DNA of 64,000 bases, taken from the IMG/VR virus record IMGVR_UViG_3300047284_000378. One strand, given 5' to 3'. Of the stretch, positions 27,556-37,800 are shown one piece after another. Under the pieces are notes generated by a model. It was not told the origin of the DNA. It saw nothing but the letters and a program-made list of their open reading frames with translations, and did no database searches. Within the stretch, counting starts at the first letter, position 1, and each line of letters begins with the position of its first letter. The position numbers were made by a program, and so were the translations under genes. This stretch comes from a virus.

Positions 27556-28606
27556 ACGCATAGGCTTTGCCTGCAAATGGATAGATCATCCTGGCCAGGT
27601 AGATGGTATCAAACCCAAGGATGACTGTAAGAAATATAATACAGGCAGTACCACCGTGGCTTGGTTAAATAGACAAACCAAGGATGTGGCTGTTGAAAAA
27701 CTATGGTCACTGATGCAACAGAATATCGAAGCATCTCGACTCCTTGTAGAACGAGTAGGAGAGTTAGATGAAGATCTTAGAATGGTACGACTCAGCAGCG
27801 ATATCTTGCCTGTGTACACTGAGCCAACTTGGTCTTGGTATTGGCGGACTTCCGATGTCCGAGCCTATTGCGAAAGAGAGTTTAAGCGTATCGGAGATGC
27901 AGCTCGTTCGCAGGGTGTTCGCCTTAGCTTCCATCCTGGTCAGTTTACTGTTCTTGCATCTGATAATGACGATATTGTAAATCGAAGCATTGAAGAATTC
28001 GAGTATCACGTAGACATGGCTCGTTGGATGGGCTATGGACAAACATTCCAAGATTTTAAAATTAACGTACACATCGCAGGTAGACGAGGCCCCGATGGTA
28101 TACGTGCTGTCTTGAACAGATTAACTCCCGAAGCTCGTAACACACTCACAATCGAAAATGAAGAAATTACACACAATCTTGACACCTGTTTGGAACTTGC
28201 CGACGTTGTTCCAATCGTACTTGACATCCATCATCACTGGATCAATAGTGGCGAATATATTAGGCCTAGTGATGACCGTGTTAAAAAGGTTATTGATAGT
28301 TGGCGCGGTGTTCGCCCTACTTGCCATTATAGTGTTTCACGGGAAGAGTATTTTGATGACCATTCCAGATACATCAGCCCCGATCTTCGGACGCTATTAG
28401 AATCCGGTCACAAGAAAGCAAAACTCAGAGCACACTCCGATTACTACTGGAATACCGCAGTTAATGAATGGGCTCTGAGCTTTAGAGAGAACTTCGACAT
28501 CATGTGCGAGAGCAAGGCTAAAAACTTAGCCTCCTTCGCACTTTATGAACAGGCTAAAGGACTTACTCAGCCTTTGGCTTGCGACCGCGAGTCGTTGCTT
28601 TCTTAA
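27548..28606 (+). CDS. uvsE: UV-damage endonuclease
   Basis: RIGFAC, VRLSSDILP, RLSFHPGQFTVLAS, TIENEE, VLDIHHH, HYSVS, AHSD and IMCESKAK. Confidence 0.95.
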   Translation: MVKRIGFACKWIDHPGQVDGIKPKDDCKKYNTGSTTVAWLNRQTKDVAVEKLWSLMQQNIEASRLLVERVGELDEDLRMVRLSSDILPVYTEPTWSWYWRTSDVRAYCEREFKRIGDAARSQGVRLSFHPGQFTVLASDNDDIVNRSIEEFEYHVDMARWMGYGQTFQDFKINVHIAGRRGPDGIRAVLNRLTPEARNTLTIENEEITHNLDTCLELADVVPIVLDIHHHWINSGEYIRPSDDRVKKVIDSWRGVRPTCHYSVSREEYFDDHSRYISPDLRTLLESGHKKAKLRAHSDYYWNTAVNEWALSFRENFDIMCESKAKNLASFALYEQAKGLTQPLACDRESLLS

Positions 28607-28871
28607 CAGTTTCTTTGGTTTTCTTAGCCGCAGCCTTGACCTTGGTCTTGGTTTGTTCAACAACGATCTGTGCATCGGCTGCATCAACCTTGCCATCCTT
28701 GTTTACGTCTGCGTCTGCCTTGACACCTTCTACTGCGATTTGAACAGCGGCCTTGGCATCTTGCACATCAACCTTGCCGTCTTGATTAACATCAAAACTT
28801 TTGGTGTTGCGATTATAATACCAAATTCCACCTACTGCTAAAACGGCGATTGCTAAAAGAAGTAGTTCCAT
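28563..28871 (-). CDS. Membrane-anchored protein with two EF-hand/dockerin-like loops
   Basis: N-terminal TM helix; DVNQDGKVDVQDA and DVNKDGKVDAADA; Lys-rich tail; SD AAGGAG; TAAATA at 28893-28898. Confidence 0.7.
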   Translation of the reverse strand: MELLLLAIAVLAVGGIWYYNRNTKSFDVNQDGKVDVQDAKAAVQIAVEGVKADADVNKDGKVDAADAQIVVEQTKTKVKAAAKKTKETVKKATTRGRKPKAE

Positions 28872-28891
28872 GGGTTTTTTCTCCTTGTAGG

Positions 28892-29422
28892 TTATTTATT
28901 AACTGCTGATAGAATAGCGATTTTATGTGCCCCTTCTGCGGGTGAAATCCTGAAATTCGTGATCTTGGGTTCTAGGTCGGCAGCGAACCAACCAGTTTTG
29001 TCCGAGTAAAAAGATTCTAAAGTCTCGGTCATTTGCTTTTTGACCGCACGGTGCTCCGGACTCTGATCCCAGGAATTTGAAAAGTACTTCTGCTCGACCT
29101 CACCGGTGTATTCTTGATTTAGTCTAATACAGATAAAATCTGCACGATCTTTGTATTCTTCGAATATCGTATGAATATGTTTGTTGATTTCCCAACCGCT
29201 CATTATTAGTACATCGTATTCATCTCGATAAAATTTGATGTAATCGTTGATATAGGCCATGGTTTTTTGCACAGTGGATTCGTAGAATAAACCCGCATCT
29301 TGGACTTTAACTCCAAGAAGTTGTTCGTGTATCCTGTATTTGGCATCAGAATATGCCTCGATCAATCGATCTACTACTAGATGTTTTGTTCCAGAATTAC
29401 CTATAGCAAAAATCACTTTCAT
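28892..29422 (-). CDS. Hypothetical protein
   Basis: MKVIFAIGNSGT, resembling 7302-7838; SD AAGGAG. Confidence 0.6.
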   Translation of the reverse strand: MKVIFAIGNSGTKHLVVDRLIEAYSDAKYRIHEQLLGVKVQDAGLFYESTVQKTMAYINDYIKFYRDEYDVLIMSGWEINKHIHTIFEEYKDRADFICIRLNQEYTGEVEQKYFSNSWDQSPEHRAVKKQMTETLESFYSDKTGWFAADLEPKITNFRISPAEGAHKIAILSAVNK

Positions 29423-29477
29423 AAATTTGATCTCCTTAACAATAATTATTCCAGATAAAATTGCGATAAATATTTGT

Positions 29478-30035
29478 ATGCCCTTACATTTTATTAAATC
29501 TCTAACAGAAGCCGCGGACAAGCGAGAACTATATCAAGACAAGCTCAAATTTGCCAAAGACGAGCTAGAACCTGTGATGAGCGAAGCTACTATCAAGTAT
29601 CATTATGACGGACTCGCTGCCAAGTATTCTGAACGATATAACAAAGGAGAAGGTGATCCCGACTTTAACTACGGCGGCGCGATCTTACACAACCTGTTCT
29701 TTGCTAATCTTACCCCACCTAGAGCAGCTAATAAACCAGAGGGAATCAGTAAAACTCTAATAGAAGAAAAGTATGATAGTTTTGATAAGTTTAAAGAAGC
29801 TGTTGAAAAAGAGTTCATGGCCGCTCAAGGATCCAATTGGATCTATATGGATACCCTCGGCGCACTGCACACGATACATAATCACGAATATAAAAAGACC
29901 ATGAAGATTGCACTGTTGATAGATGCTTGGGAACACTCTTGGTTTACAGATTACGGCCCCGATAAGGCAAAATATCTATCTAACATCTGGCGAATTATTG
30001 ACTGGGATGTAGTTAATATTAGATTAGCAACTTGA
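29478..30035 (+). CDS. sod: Fe/Mn superoxide dismutase
   Basis: Metal ligands present in YHY, ILHNLFF and IDAWEH; TAAATA 5 nt before ATG 29478. Confidence 0.9.
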   Translation: MPLHFIKSLTEAADKRELYQDKLKFAKDELEPVMSEATIKYHYDGLAAKYSERYNKGEGDPDFNYGGAILHNLFFANLTPPRAANKPEGISKTLIEEKYDSFDKFKEAVEKEFMAAQGSNWIYMDTLGALHTIHNHEYKKTMKIALLIDAWEHSWFTDYGPDKAKYLSNIWRIIDWDVVNIRLAT

Positions 30036-30037
30036 GA

Positions 30038-30063
30038 TAAATACTCGTGGGAACACACGAGTA
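30038..30063 (+). promoter_or_regulatory. Late promoter overlapping a translation-repressing hairpin
   Basis: TAAATA 30038-30043; TACTCGTG/CACGAGTA stem ending 2 nt before ATG 30066. Confidence 0.7.
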
Positions 30064-30065
30064 CT

Positions 30066-30698
30066 ATGAAAAATTACAGAAAATTATACGAGAAATATCA
30101 TAACTGTTGTCTATTACCCGGAATAGACATTCATCATATCGACGGAAATCACGATAATAATTCTATTGAAAATTTAAAAGCAGTTTCATTAGAAGAACAT
30201 TACAACATACATAAATCTCAAAATGAATTTTATGCTGCCTACTTAATAGGCAAAAGAATGAAAATAAAGCCTTCCGATTGGAAAATAATGGCTCGAATAA
30301 ACGGTTCTAAATCCGGTAAATCTAATTACGATAAAGGTATAGGATTAAAAGGTTGGGTTGATTCTTTAAGTGAAGAGGAATTTAAAAAACATTGTTCCGA
30401 GTCTGGGAAATTAGGAGGACTCAAATCTTTAGAAAATTCTTTAGGATTCCATTCTGCAGACAAAGAACAAAAGAAAGAATGGGCATCAAAAGCAGGAAAG
30501 GCATCGCCAGGTTTTAAATTAGGACACGCTTCCCAGGCTGGAAAGGTTGGTGGGAAGAAGGGCGGTAAATATGCTAAAGAGAATAGAACTGGGATATTTG
30601 CATTAAGTCCAGAACAAGATAGATTAAGGATACAAAATATGCAGACTACCTGGGCTATAAAATTAGGAAAGGCGTGTGCCTGGCCTAATTCATTATAA
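30066..30698 (+). mobile_element. Free-standing HNH homing endonuclease
   Basis: IDIHHIDGNHDNNSIENLKAVSLEEHYNIH; C-terminal Gly/Lys repeats. Confidence 0.85.
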
Positions 30699-30708
30699 GG
30701 AGCGTAAC

Positions 30709-30825
30709 ATGTTAGATACATTATTTTGGGTAGCAGTAGGTGCATTCGTAGGTTGGAATTTTCCGCAGCCGTTTTGGGCTAAGATCATTCAGGAAAAAAT
30801 CCAAACTATGATCGCTAAAAAATAA
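30709..30825 (+). CDS. Small membrane peptide (38 aa)
   Basis: SD TAAGGAG; MLDTLFWVAVGAFVGWNFPQPFWAKIIQEKIQTMIAKK; below the track cutoff. Confidence 0.65.
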   Translation: MLDTLFWVAVGAFVGWNFPQPFWAKIIQEKIQTMIAKK

Positions 30826-30837
30826 AGAGGAACAGGA

Positions 30838-31239
30838 ATGGCATATTCAGACAAAGTTATTGATCACTACGAGAACCCTCGCAATGTAGGTAGCTTTGCC
30901 AAGGACGATCCCGAGGTAGGCACCGGTATGGTTGGTGCTCCTGCCTGCGGGGATGTAATGAAGCTACAGATTAAAGTCAACGAAGAGGGCATTATCACAG
31001 ATGCGAAGTTTAAAACTTATGGCTGCGGTTCGGCGATCGCGTCGAGTTCACTGGCAACGGAATGGCTCAAAGGTAGGAACTTACAGCAGGCACAGGATAT
31101 CAAGAACTCAGATATCGCCACTGAGCTGGCTCTTCCTCCGGTTAAAATCCACTGTTCAATCCTTGCGGAAGATGCTATCAAAGCCGCAATAGCAGATTAT
31201 AAGGCCAAACATGATATCATTGACACCGCTAGCAGCTGA
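30838..31239 (+). CDS. iscU: Fe-S cluster scaffold protein
   Basis: YSDKVIDHYENPRNVG, GAPACGDVM, YGCGSAIASS and LPPVKIHC. Confidence 0.97.
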   Translation: MAYSDKVIDHYENPRNVGSFAKDDPEVGTGMVGAPACGDVMKLQIKVNEEGIITDAKFKTYGCGSAIASSSLATEWLKGRNLQQAQDIKNSDIATELALPPVKIHCSILAEDAIKAAIADYKAKHDIIDTASS

Positions 31240-31531
31240 AAAAGTTCGTGCGAATCTAGAGCGTAGAGGCAGCGGGCATGGTATTAAAGTCGGTATAAAG
31301 ACTACAGGATGCAGTGGCTTGGCCTATGTATTGGAATATGTTGACGATCCTTTAGATGAAGATATGAGCTTTGTCAGCCAAGGTATACACGTATTTGTAG
31401 ATCCTAGAGCTTTGCCTTACATCAACGGAATGACCATGGATTGGATCAAAAATGGTCTTAACGAAGGTTTTGATTTTATCAATCCCAACGAACGAGATCG
31501 TTGCGGTTGCGGGGAAAGTTTTAGAATTTAG
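31211..31531 (+). CDS. iscA: A-type Fe-S carrier
   Basis: TTGCSGLAY, GLNEGF and CGCGESF. Confidence 0.95.
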   Translation: MISLTPLAAEKVRANLERRGSGHGIKVGIKTTGCSGLAYVLEYVDDPLDEDMSFVSQGIHVFVDPRALPYINGMTMDWIKNGLNEGFDFINPNERDRCGCGESFRI

Positions 31532-31808
31532 AAACTGGTAGCTCTACGCTGGCCGGCATATCCCAAATCTTTTTACGCTCAACTCCTTTGCGCTGAGCGA
31601 ATCTTTTACTATCACAATCAGAGCAACAGTGAAAGTAATTGTTACTGAGTCGTTTGCTAGATACCTTTTTTAGTTCTCTTTCAAAATTCTTATCACAGTT
31701 ATCACATCTAAACACAGCTAGAGTTTTTTTCCTCGTATAGGTATGTTCAGTACCTAGCTTACTGATCCTAACATATTGACTTTCTTGTGATTTAGTTTTC
31801 AAGAACAT
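31521..31808 (-). CDS. Hypothetical Zn-binding protein
   Basis: CDNC and CCSDC; minus-strand TAAATA 4 nt upstream. Confidence 0.65.
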   Translation of the reverse strand: MFLKTKSQESQYVRISKLGTEHTYTRKKTLAVFRCDNCDKNFERELKKVSSKRLSNNYFHCCSDCDSKRFAQRKGVERKKIWDMPASVELPVSKF

Positions 31809-31842
31809 AAGTTATTTACATTAGGCTTATAAAATTTTTAGA

Positions 31843-31882
31843 TAAATATCATAGAAATCCAATTTAATCAGGATGCACTATG
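31843..31882 (+). promoter_or_regulatory. Late promoter with RBS/AUG-sequestering hairpin
   Basis: TAAATA 31843-31848; CATAG/CTATG and ATCC/GGAT pairings. Confidence 0.5.
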
Positions 31883-34800
31883 GCACGTAAAATAATTGAT
31901 ATAGGTACAGTTGGTAATGACGGTACCGGTGATAGTATACGCGATTCGTTTAGAAAAGTAAACGACAACTTCCGTGAGCTTTATAGCTCTCTGGGCTTAG
32001 GTGAAAAACTCACCTTCATTAATCTAGATGACACTCCGGCAGACTATCTAGGACAAGAAAATGCGATATTATCCGTTAATAACACAGAAACAGGTCTAGC
32101 TTTTAAACAGCTAGTTCCGGGTTCGGGTATCAGTGTAGACTTTACCACTAATGCTAGTGAAATTAGAATTTCGGCAGAATTCTCTAGAGTATCCGCAGAT
32201 CCTGCACCTCAGCTAGGCGGGCCATTAAATGCATTCAGCGGTGATAATAGATACACCATAGCCAACTTACCGGATTTAACCGATCCCGCTGAATTCACTG
32301 CTGCATTCGCTAGAGTTACCAGTATCTACGGAACTAACAACGATGTAGACGATCCAGGTAGAGTGGCCGTAAACAAGAGATATGCAGACAGCAAAATATC
32401 TCTAGCAGGTATTGATGGCATAGATCCGGTAACAGGTGATCCGACACCTGCATTTGGCCAGATGACTGGACCGTTGATACTTTCCAGAGATCCGATACCA
32501 GAAGATGATCTAGTCCATAATGGTCTTGTGGCTGCTACCAAAAGATATGTAGATAATTCAGCATTTGGTAGCACCGTCAATTTATATGTGGCTACTTCGG
32601 GGCAGGACGACAGAGTTGGGGTTAGTGCAGCCCTACAAGGTCGTGCTCTGGCCTACGCCTATAGGACCATAGAAGCAGCCTGCAAGAGAGCAGAAGAATT
32701 AATCTTAGAATCTAGACTTGAAATAGGTCCTTATAAAAAATTACTGACCTATAACCAAGGCGCTAGCTTCTGTACACTAGCAGGTATCACAGAAGCTCCT
32801 GCGTCCGGTGGAGGCTTCCTAGGACACGCCCTGATGAGCGTTGATACTGTCGCTATTAATAATCTAGGCGTTAACTATAAGATCGGCGATATTTTAACTG
32901 TTAGCGGTGGTACTGCTACTCAGCCTGCAAGATATCAGGTTCTTTCTATTACAGAAGCAGGCGGTATTATTTCTGTATTACAACTCAGCTCAGGTGTGTA
33001 TACTGCACTCCCCGGTTCAACTAACATCGCCACTACTGATAACAGTGCCTTTGGTGCTGGTGCTACATTCGATCTAACCTATAAGGTCAACAATGTGATT
33101 GTTGATGCAGGAGGTAGCGGCTACGGCCTAGTTTCTGTAAGAATTATTCCAGCTCCTGGAGATACCACAGGGTCGGGAGCATTCGGTACTGCCGATGTTG
33201 TAGGAGGTATAGTTCAGAGTATCACGATTACCGATCAAGGATCTAACTTCACTGCCTTACCTTCGGTTATCGTTAATCTGCCAAGATTTTTAATTAGAAC
33301 TGATTTTTATAGAACTGACTTTACTGGGGATGTACTCACTAATACTCCCACTGCTATCAGAGGCAGAGATATCAGAGAAGGTCTATATCTAAGAGGTGAA
33401 ACATCAGGCGCACTAGCCCAGATTCTAGCACACCAAGGTGCTCTAGATTCTGATGGAAATGAGATATTCGATGTTGACATCAAGTATGGTAGTTTCCAAG
33501 ACGACGAAATCATTTCCTACGGTGATGTCGCAAGACAAAAACAAATTTCAATTTTGGTAGAATCGGGTATCTATGAAGAAAATCTACCTATAAGAATTCC
33601 TGTTAATACCTCTATAGTTGGTGATGAATTTAGACGAGTAATCATAAGACCGAAGCCAGGAAGAAGCTCAAGTCCATGGGCATTTATACACTTCCGTAGA
33701 GATCTAACAGTAGGCGAGGAAAATACCGACTTGCTAACAGTAGCAGATAGATTATTCGGATATCACTATCTAACCAACAGTGGTCAACCGGTTTATCCAA
33801 TAGTCAACAATAAAGGCTATTATAGATCAGCTGCACAATTATTATTATTAAATCGAGAATTTATACAGAAAGAAGTTATCGGTTGGATCAGCCACCAGGT
33901 TCAAAATAACATCGACCCATTCACTAGCTCATTTGAATACGATGCTGAGGTCTGTGAAAGAGATGTAGGTCTTATCATAGATTCTATGATATTCGACCTC
34001 AGATATGGAGGTTCGAGTAGAACTATTTCTGCTGCTCTAAAATACTTTGGCAACGCCAGTGGACTAGTGGCTATCAATGATCAACTGTCCGAAACCGTCG
34101 CTGGTATCAGAAGGATCAATACTCTAGCACAGTTGGTGATTAGAAATGTCGAAGTCACTGAAATATATCAAACAGCAGTTCCGCAGATCGTCGACGGTGC
34201 TTATATCTCCGAAGTAGGTGCAGGCGGTACATCTATAAGTATTTCCGGAGTAACTTCAGCAGATCCTGTGGTAGTTACTACCAGTTCTGCGCATGGCCTA
34301 TCCAACGGTGATCAGATACTGATCAGCGAAGTCGGCGGTACTACTGCTATAAATGGTAATGATTACTATGTAGAAGTGATTGATTCAACATCAGTTTATC
34401 TATACAATGATCTTTCGCTCACTGATGCTGTAGATGGTACTAATTTTGGTGCATACACCAGTGGTGGTTATATCACAAACAACGGTGGTGTCATCGGTGC
34501 TTTGACCGATGTTATCATTGATGTTATCAGTGGTTCTGTGGCTGTAAATTATCCCAAGAACAACAACGAGATGGATGTATTCTTGTGCAACGATGCTGTG
34601 AGATTCCAAGCAGTGACCTTCCAAGGACACGGCGGGTTTGCCATGGTACTTGACCCAGAAGGGCAGATCCTAGCTAAATCTCCATATGCCCAAGAATGTG
34701 CATCATTCTCTCGAAGCACAGGTAGACAGACATTCGCAGGAGGTCAATACGTAGACGGCTTTACTGGTAACCTAAAGTTTAGAATTATCAGCAAAGACTC

Positions 34801-37800
34801 TAATACATTCTTGAGAGTTGGGGACCTCATGAGGATGCCGCAGTTGCCTGCATCCTTTATCGTTAGAGATACTGTTTACAGAATTAACTATGTGAGAGAT
34901 TTTGTGTTTAATCCTGCAGGGTCTACTGCCTCGCTAGTACTAGACGAATCAACTCCGTGGCCATTTGATGTTTTTTCATATGATGACGAAATCTGTAGCA
35001 GAGACGTGGGTCTTATCATTGACGGTCTGGGCTATGATATAGCACTAGGCACCAACTATCATGCTAGAAAGTCGGGTCTGAGTTATAGGCAGGCTAATGC
35101 TCATGTGGTTGTTGAGGATCAGCTACAGTTAACTCTCGATGCTATAGAATTCGCACACACAACCGCATACGAATTATTAGATTCTTATCCCGCAGCTCAA
35201 TCTGTGGTACAGAGTAGTGAATTAGTTATTTTGGATATTATCGAAAACGGTACAACATTTGCACCTACGCTGACTTTTACTAATCCTACAGGGTTGTCAT
35301 CCGATCTAGTCAAGGCAAAAAATCAACTGGTAAACAATGTCACTTTCATCAAAGACGAAGTGATCGGTTATATAAACTCTACATATCCTTCGTTGGTTTA
35401 TGATTCTGATAATTTTTCCAGAGATATACAATATATCATCGAAGCTTTAATATATGACCTTATCTATGGTGGTAACAGTGAAACAAGAAAATCGGGTTTA
35501 AGATACTACGACGGAGTAGGTAATGCAGAGGTATTACAGATTCCGTCAGGACAGTTACTCGAGACCAGTGCAGGTATCTTATATGCTAGCTATCTAGCAC
35601 AACAGGTAATACAGAATCTTCCACCTGCTACCACTTATTCGTTGACTACTAGAACTACGGGGCCAGCCGCGACGGCAACAGAAGCTACTACTATCAATAC
35701 ATTGTTAGCCAATGTCAATTCTATCCTTTTAGGAGGCACCAGTGCTGCGGCTGCAGAAGTATTGCCAACTCTAAGTGCATATCCTTATGCGACCAACGAT
35801 CTTAATGCGAGAACAATTCTAGTAACCGAAAAAGCTGACATACAACAGGCTGTGATCGACTACGTAGATGAAAATGCCAATGTGTATGAAATATTGATGC
35901 CTGGTAATAGATCTATGTTGAGCAACGACTTTACACAGATCAACGATCTAGGCTATGGTATCGTAGTAAACAACGGCGGACTGGTCGAAGCAGTCTCTAT
36001 GTTTACGTATTACTGTCATATTTCTTACTACTCGATGGGTGGTGGACAGATACGTTCAGTTGCAGGATCAAGCGCCCACGGTAACTATGCCCTTGTGGCG
36101 CAAGGCGCTGATCCTCTAGAAGTACCTACCCCAGTTACATTGTATTATGATCTCGGGCAAGGAATAACCTGTTATTATCCATCAGGAACATTTGCAAATA
36201 CGCTAGGCGGATTAGTACTATTCGTTACCTACGACGATTATGTCCCTCTCGATGTCAGCGAATTAGAAGTAGATCACGGATTAGGACAAATATATAGATA
36301 TCCTGTAGTATCTGTCAGCACAGCAGACCTTCCTGCAGGAGTTGCAAGATTAGGACTAAGAAGCAGCGAAGGCACAGGAACAGATGGTCTTGCTGCGGTC
36401 ATTCCAGACGGAACCAGGATGACTATCAGACAGAACGCACAGGTAGTTCTTACCGGTGATGTTGTTGATGTTGCTGTTCGTCCTTCGACGGGCTTGGTGC
36501 TAGCCGAAAGTGTAGATGTTTATCGTATCCTACAGTTTGAAAATTATACAGACCCGAGCGGAGGATATGTCTTTACTATTTCTATTGCGTCACCTGCTGT
36601 TATTACCCGAGCCAGTCACGGATTAAAGCCGGGTTACCAATTTAGCCTATCTACCACAGGAAGTCTTCCTACTGGTGTTGACACTGTCACAGTTTATTAC
36701 GTGCTATCAGATGAGTTTACTGCTAACTCATTTAGGTTTTCAGCAACCAAAAACGGCAGTGCTATTGTAACTTCAGGGTCACAATCCGGAACACATTCTT
36801 ACCTTGTTGAGGGACTAGCTAGAACCACATTGAGAGAAAACTATAACTATGTAGACCTTTCTCTATGGAGCATACAACCTTACAGCAGTTCTTCTCAGGC
36901 CTGTACTATTACCATAGCATCGCCTGCTGTAGTAACTGCCGTGTCCCACGGATTCGTCGTGGGCGATGTTATTAGATTTGAAACTACAGGTTCTTTACCG
37001 GGCGGTATTAGTATCAATAAACACTATTTCGTAACTGCTACGCCTTCTCTAGACACCTTTAGATTTAGCGATGTATCTGGGGTATCTGCTGTGGATCTAG
37101 ACACATTCGGATCACAAAGCGGCACACATGTAGTAGGCAAAGTCAAAGGATATATAGGAGACGACACACTAGCTGTTACACCGTTAGGTACAGCAGATAG
37201 TGAAAGAGTGTTAGGTACTAAATTTGTGTGGAAAGGAACCACACACACTATCAGTTCTTATTCAAACGAAACAGTAACCGGCGAACCCTACGGACTTATA
37301 ACATTTAGTCCTGCACTGGCAGATAGTGCTGTATATTTTACATATCTTCCTACTTTCAAATCAGCCACACTCAAGCACGAACCGGGCACATTGACTATTC
37401 GTATTTCTTTGACTCGTGTAACATCGCACGATCTACTAGAGATTGGTACAGGATCTTATGCTGATACCAACTATCCGAATGAAATATATGGGCCGCCCGT
37501 TAATTCTATTAACGATGCCAACGAAACTGAAGAACGCGGAGTAGGACGAGTATTCTATGTTACCACAGATCAATTTGGTAACTTTAGTGTTGGACCATAT
37601 TTCCGAGTTGACCAAGGTACAGGTACTGTTACGTTTGCTGCGGCAATCGCTCTGAGTAACCTAGACGGTATCGGTTTTAAACGTGGCGTACCTGTAAGTG
37701 AATTCTCCACAGATACTGGATTCTCGGATAATGCTACAGATACTGTGCCGACGGAGAATGCTACTCGAGGTTATTTAGATAGAAGACTGGGTCTTTCGCA

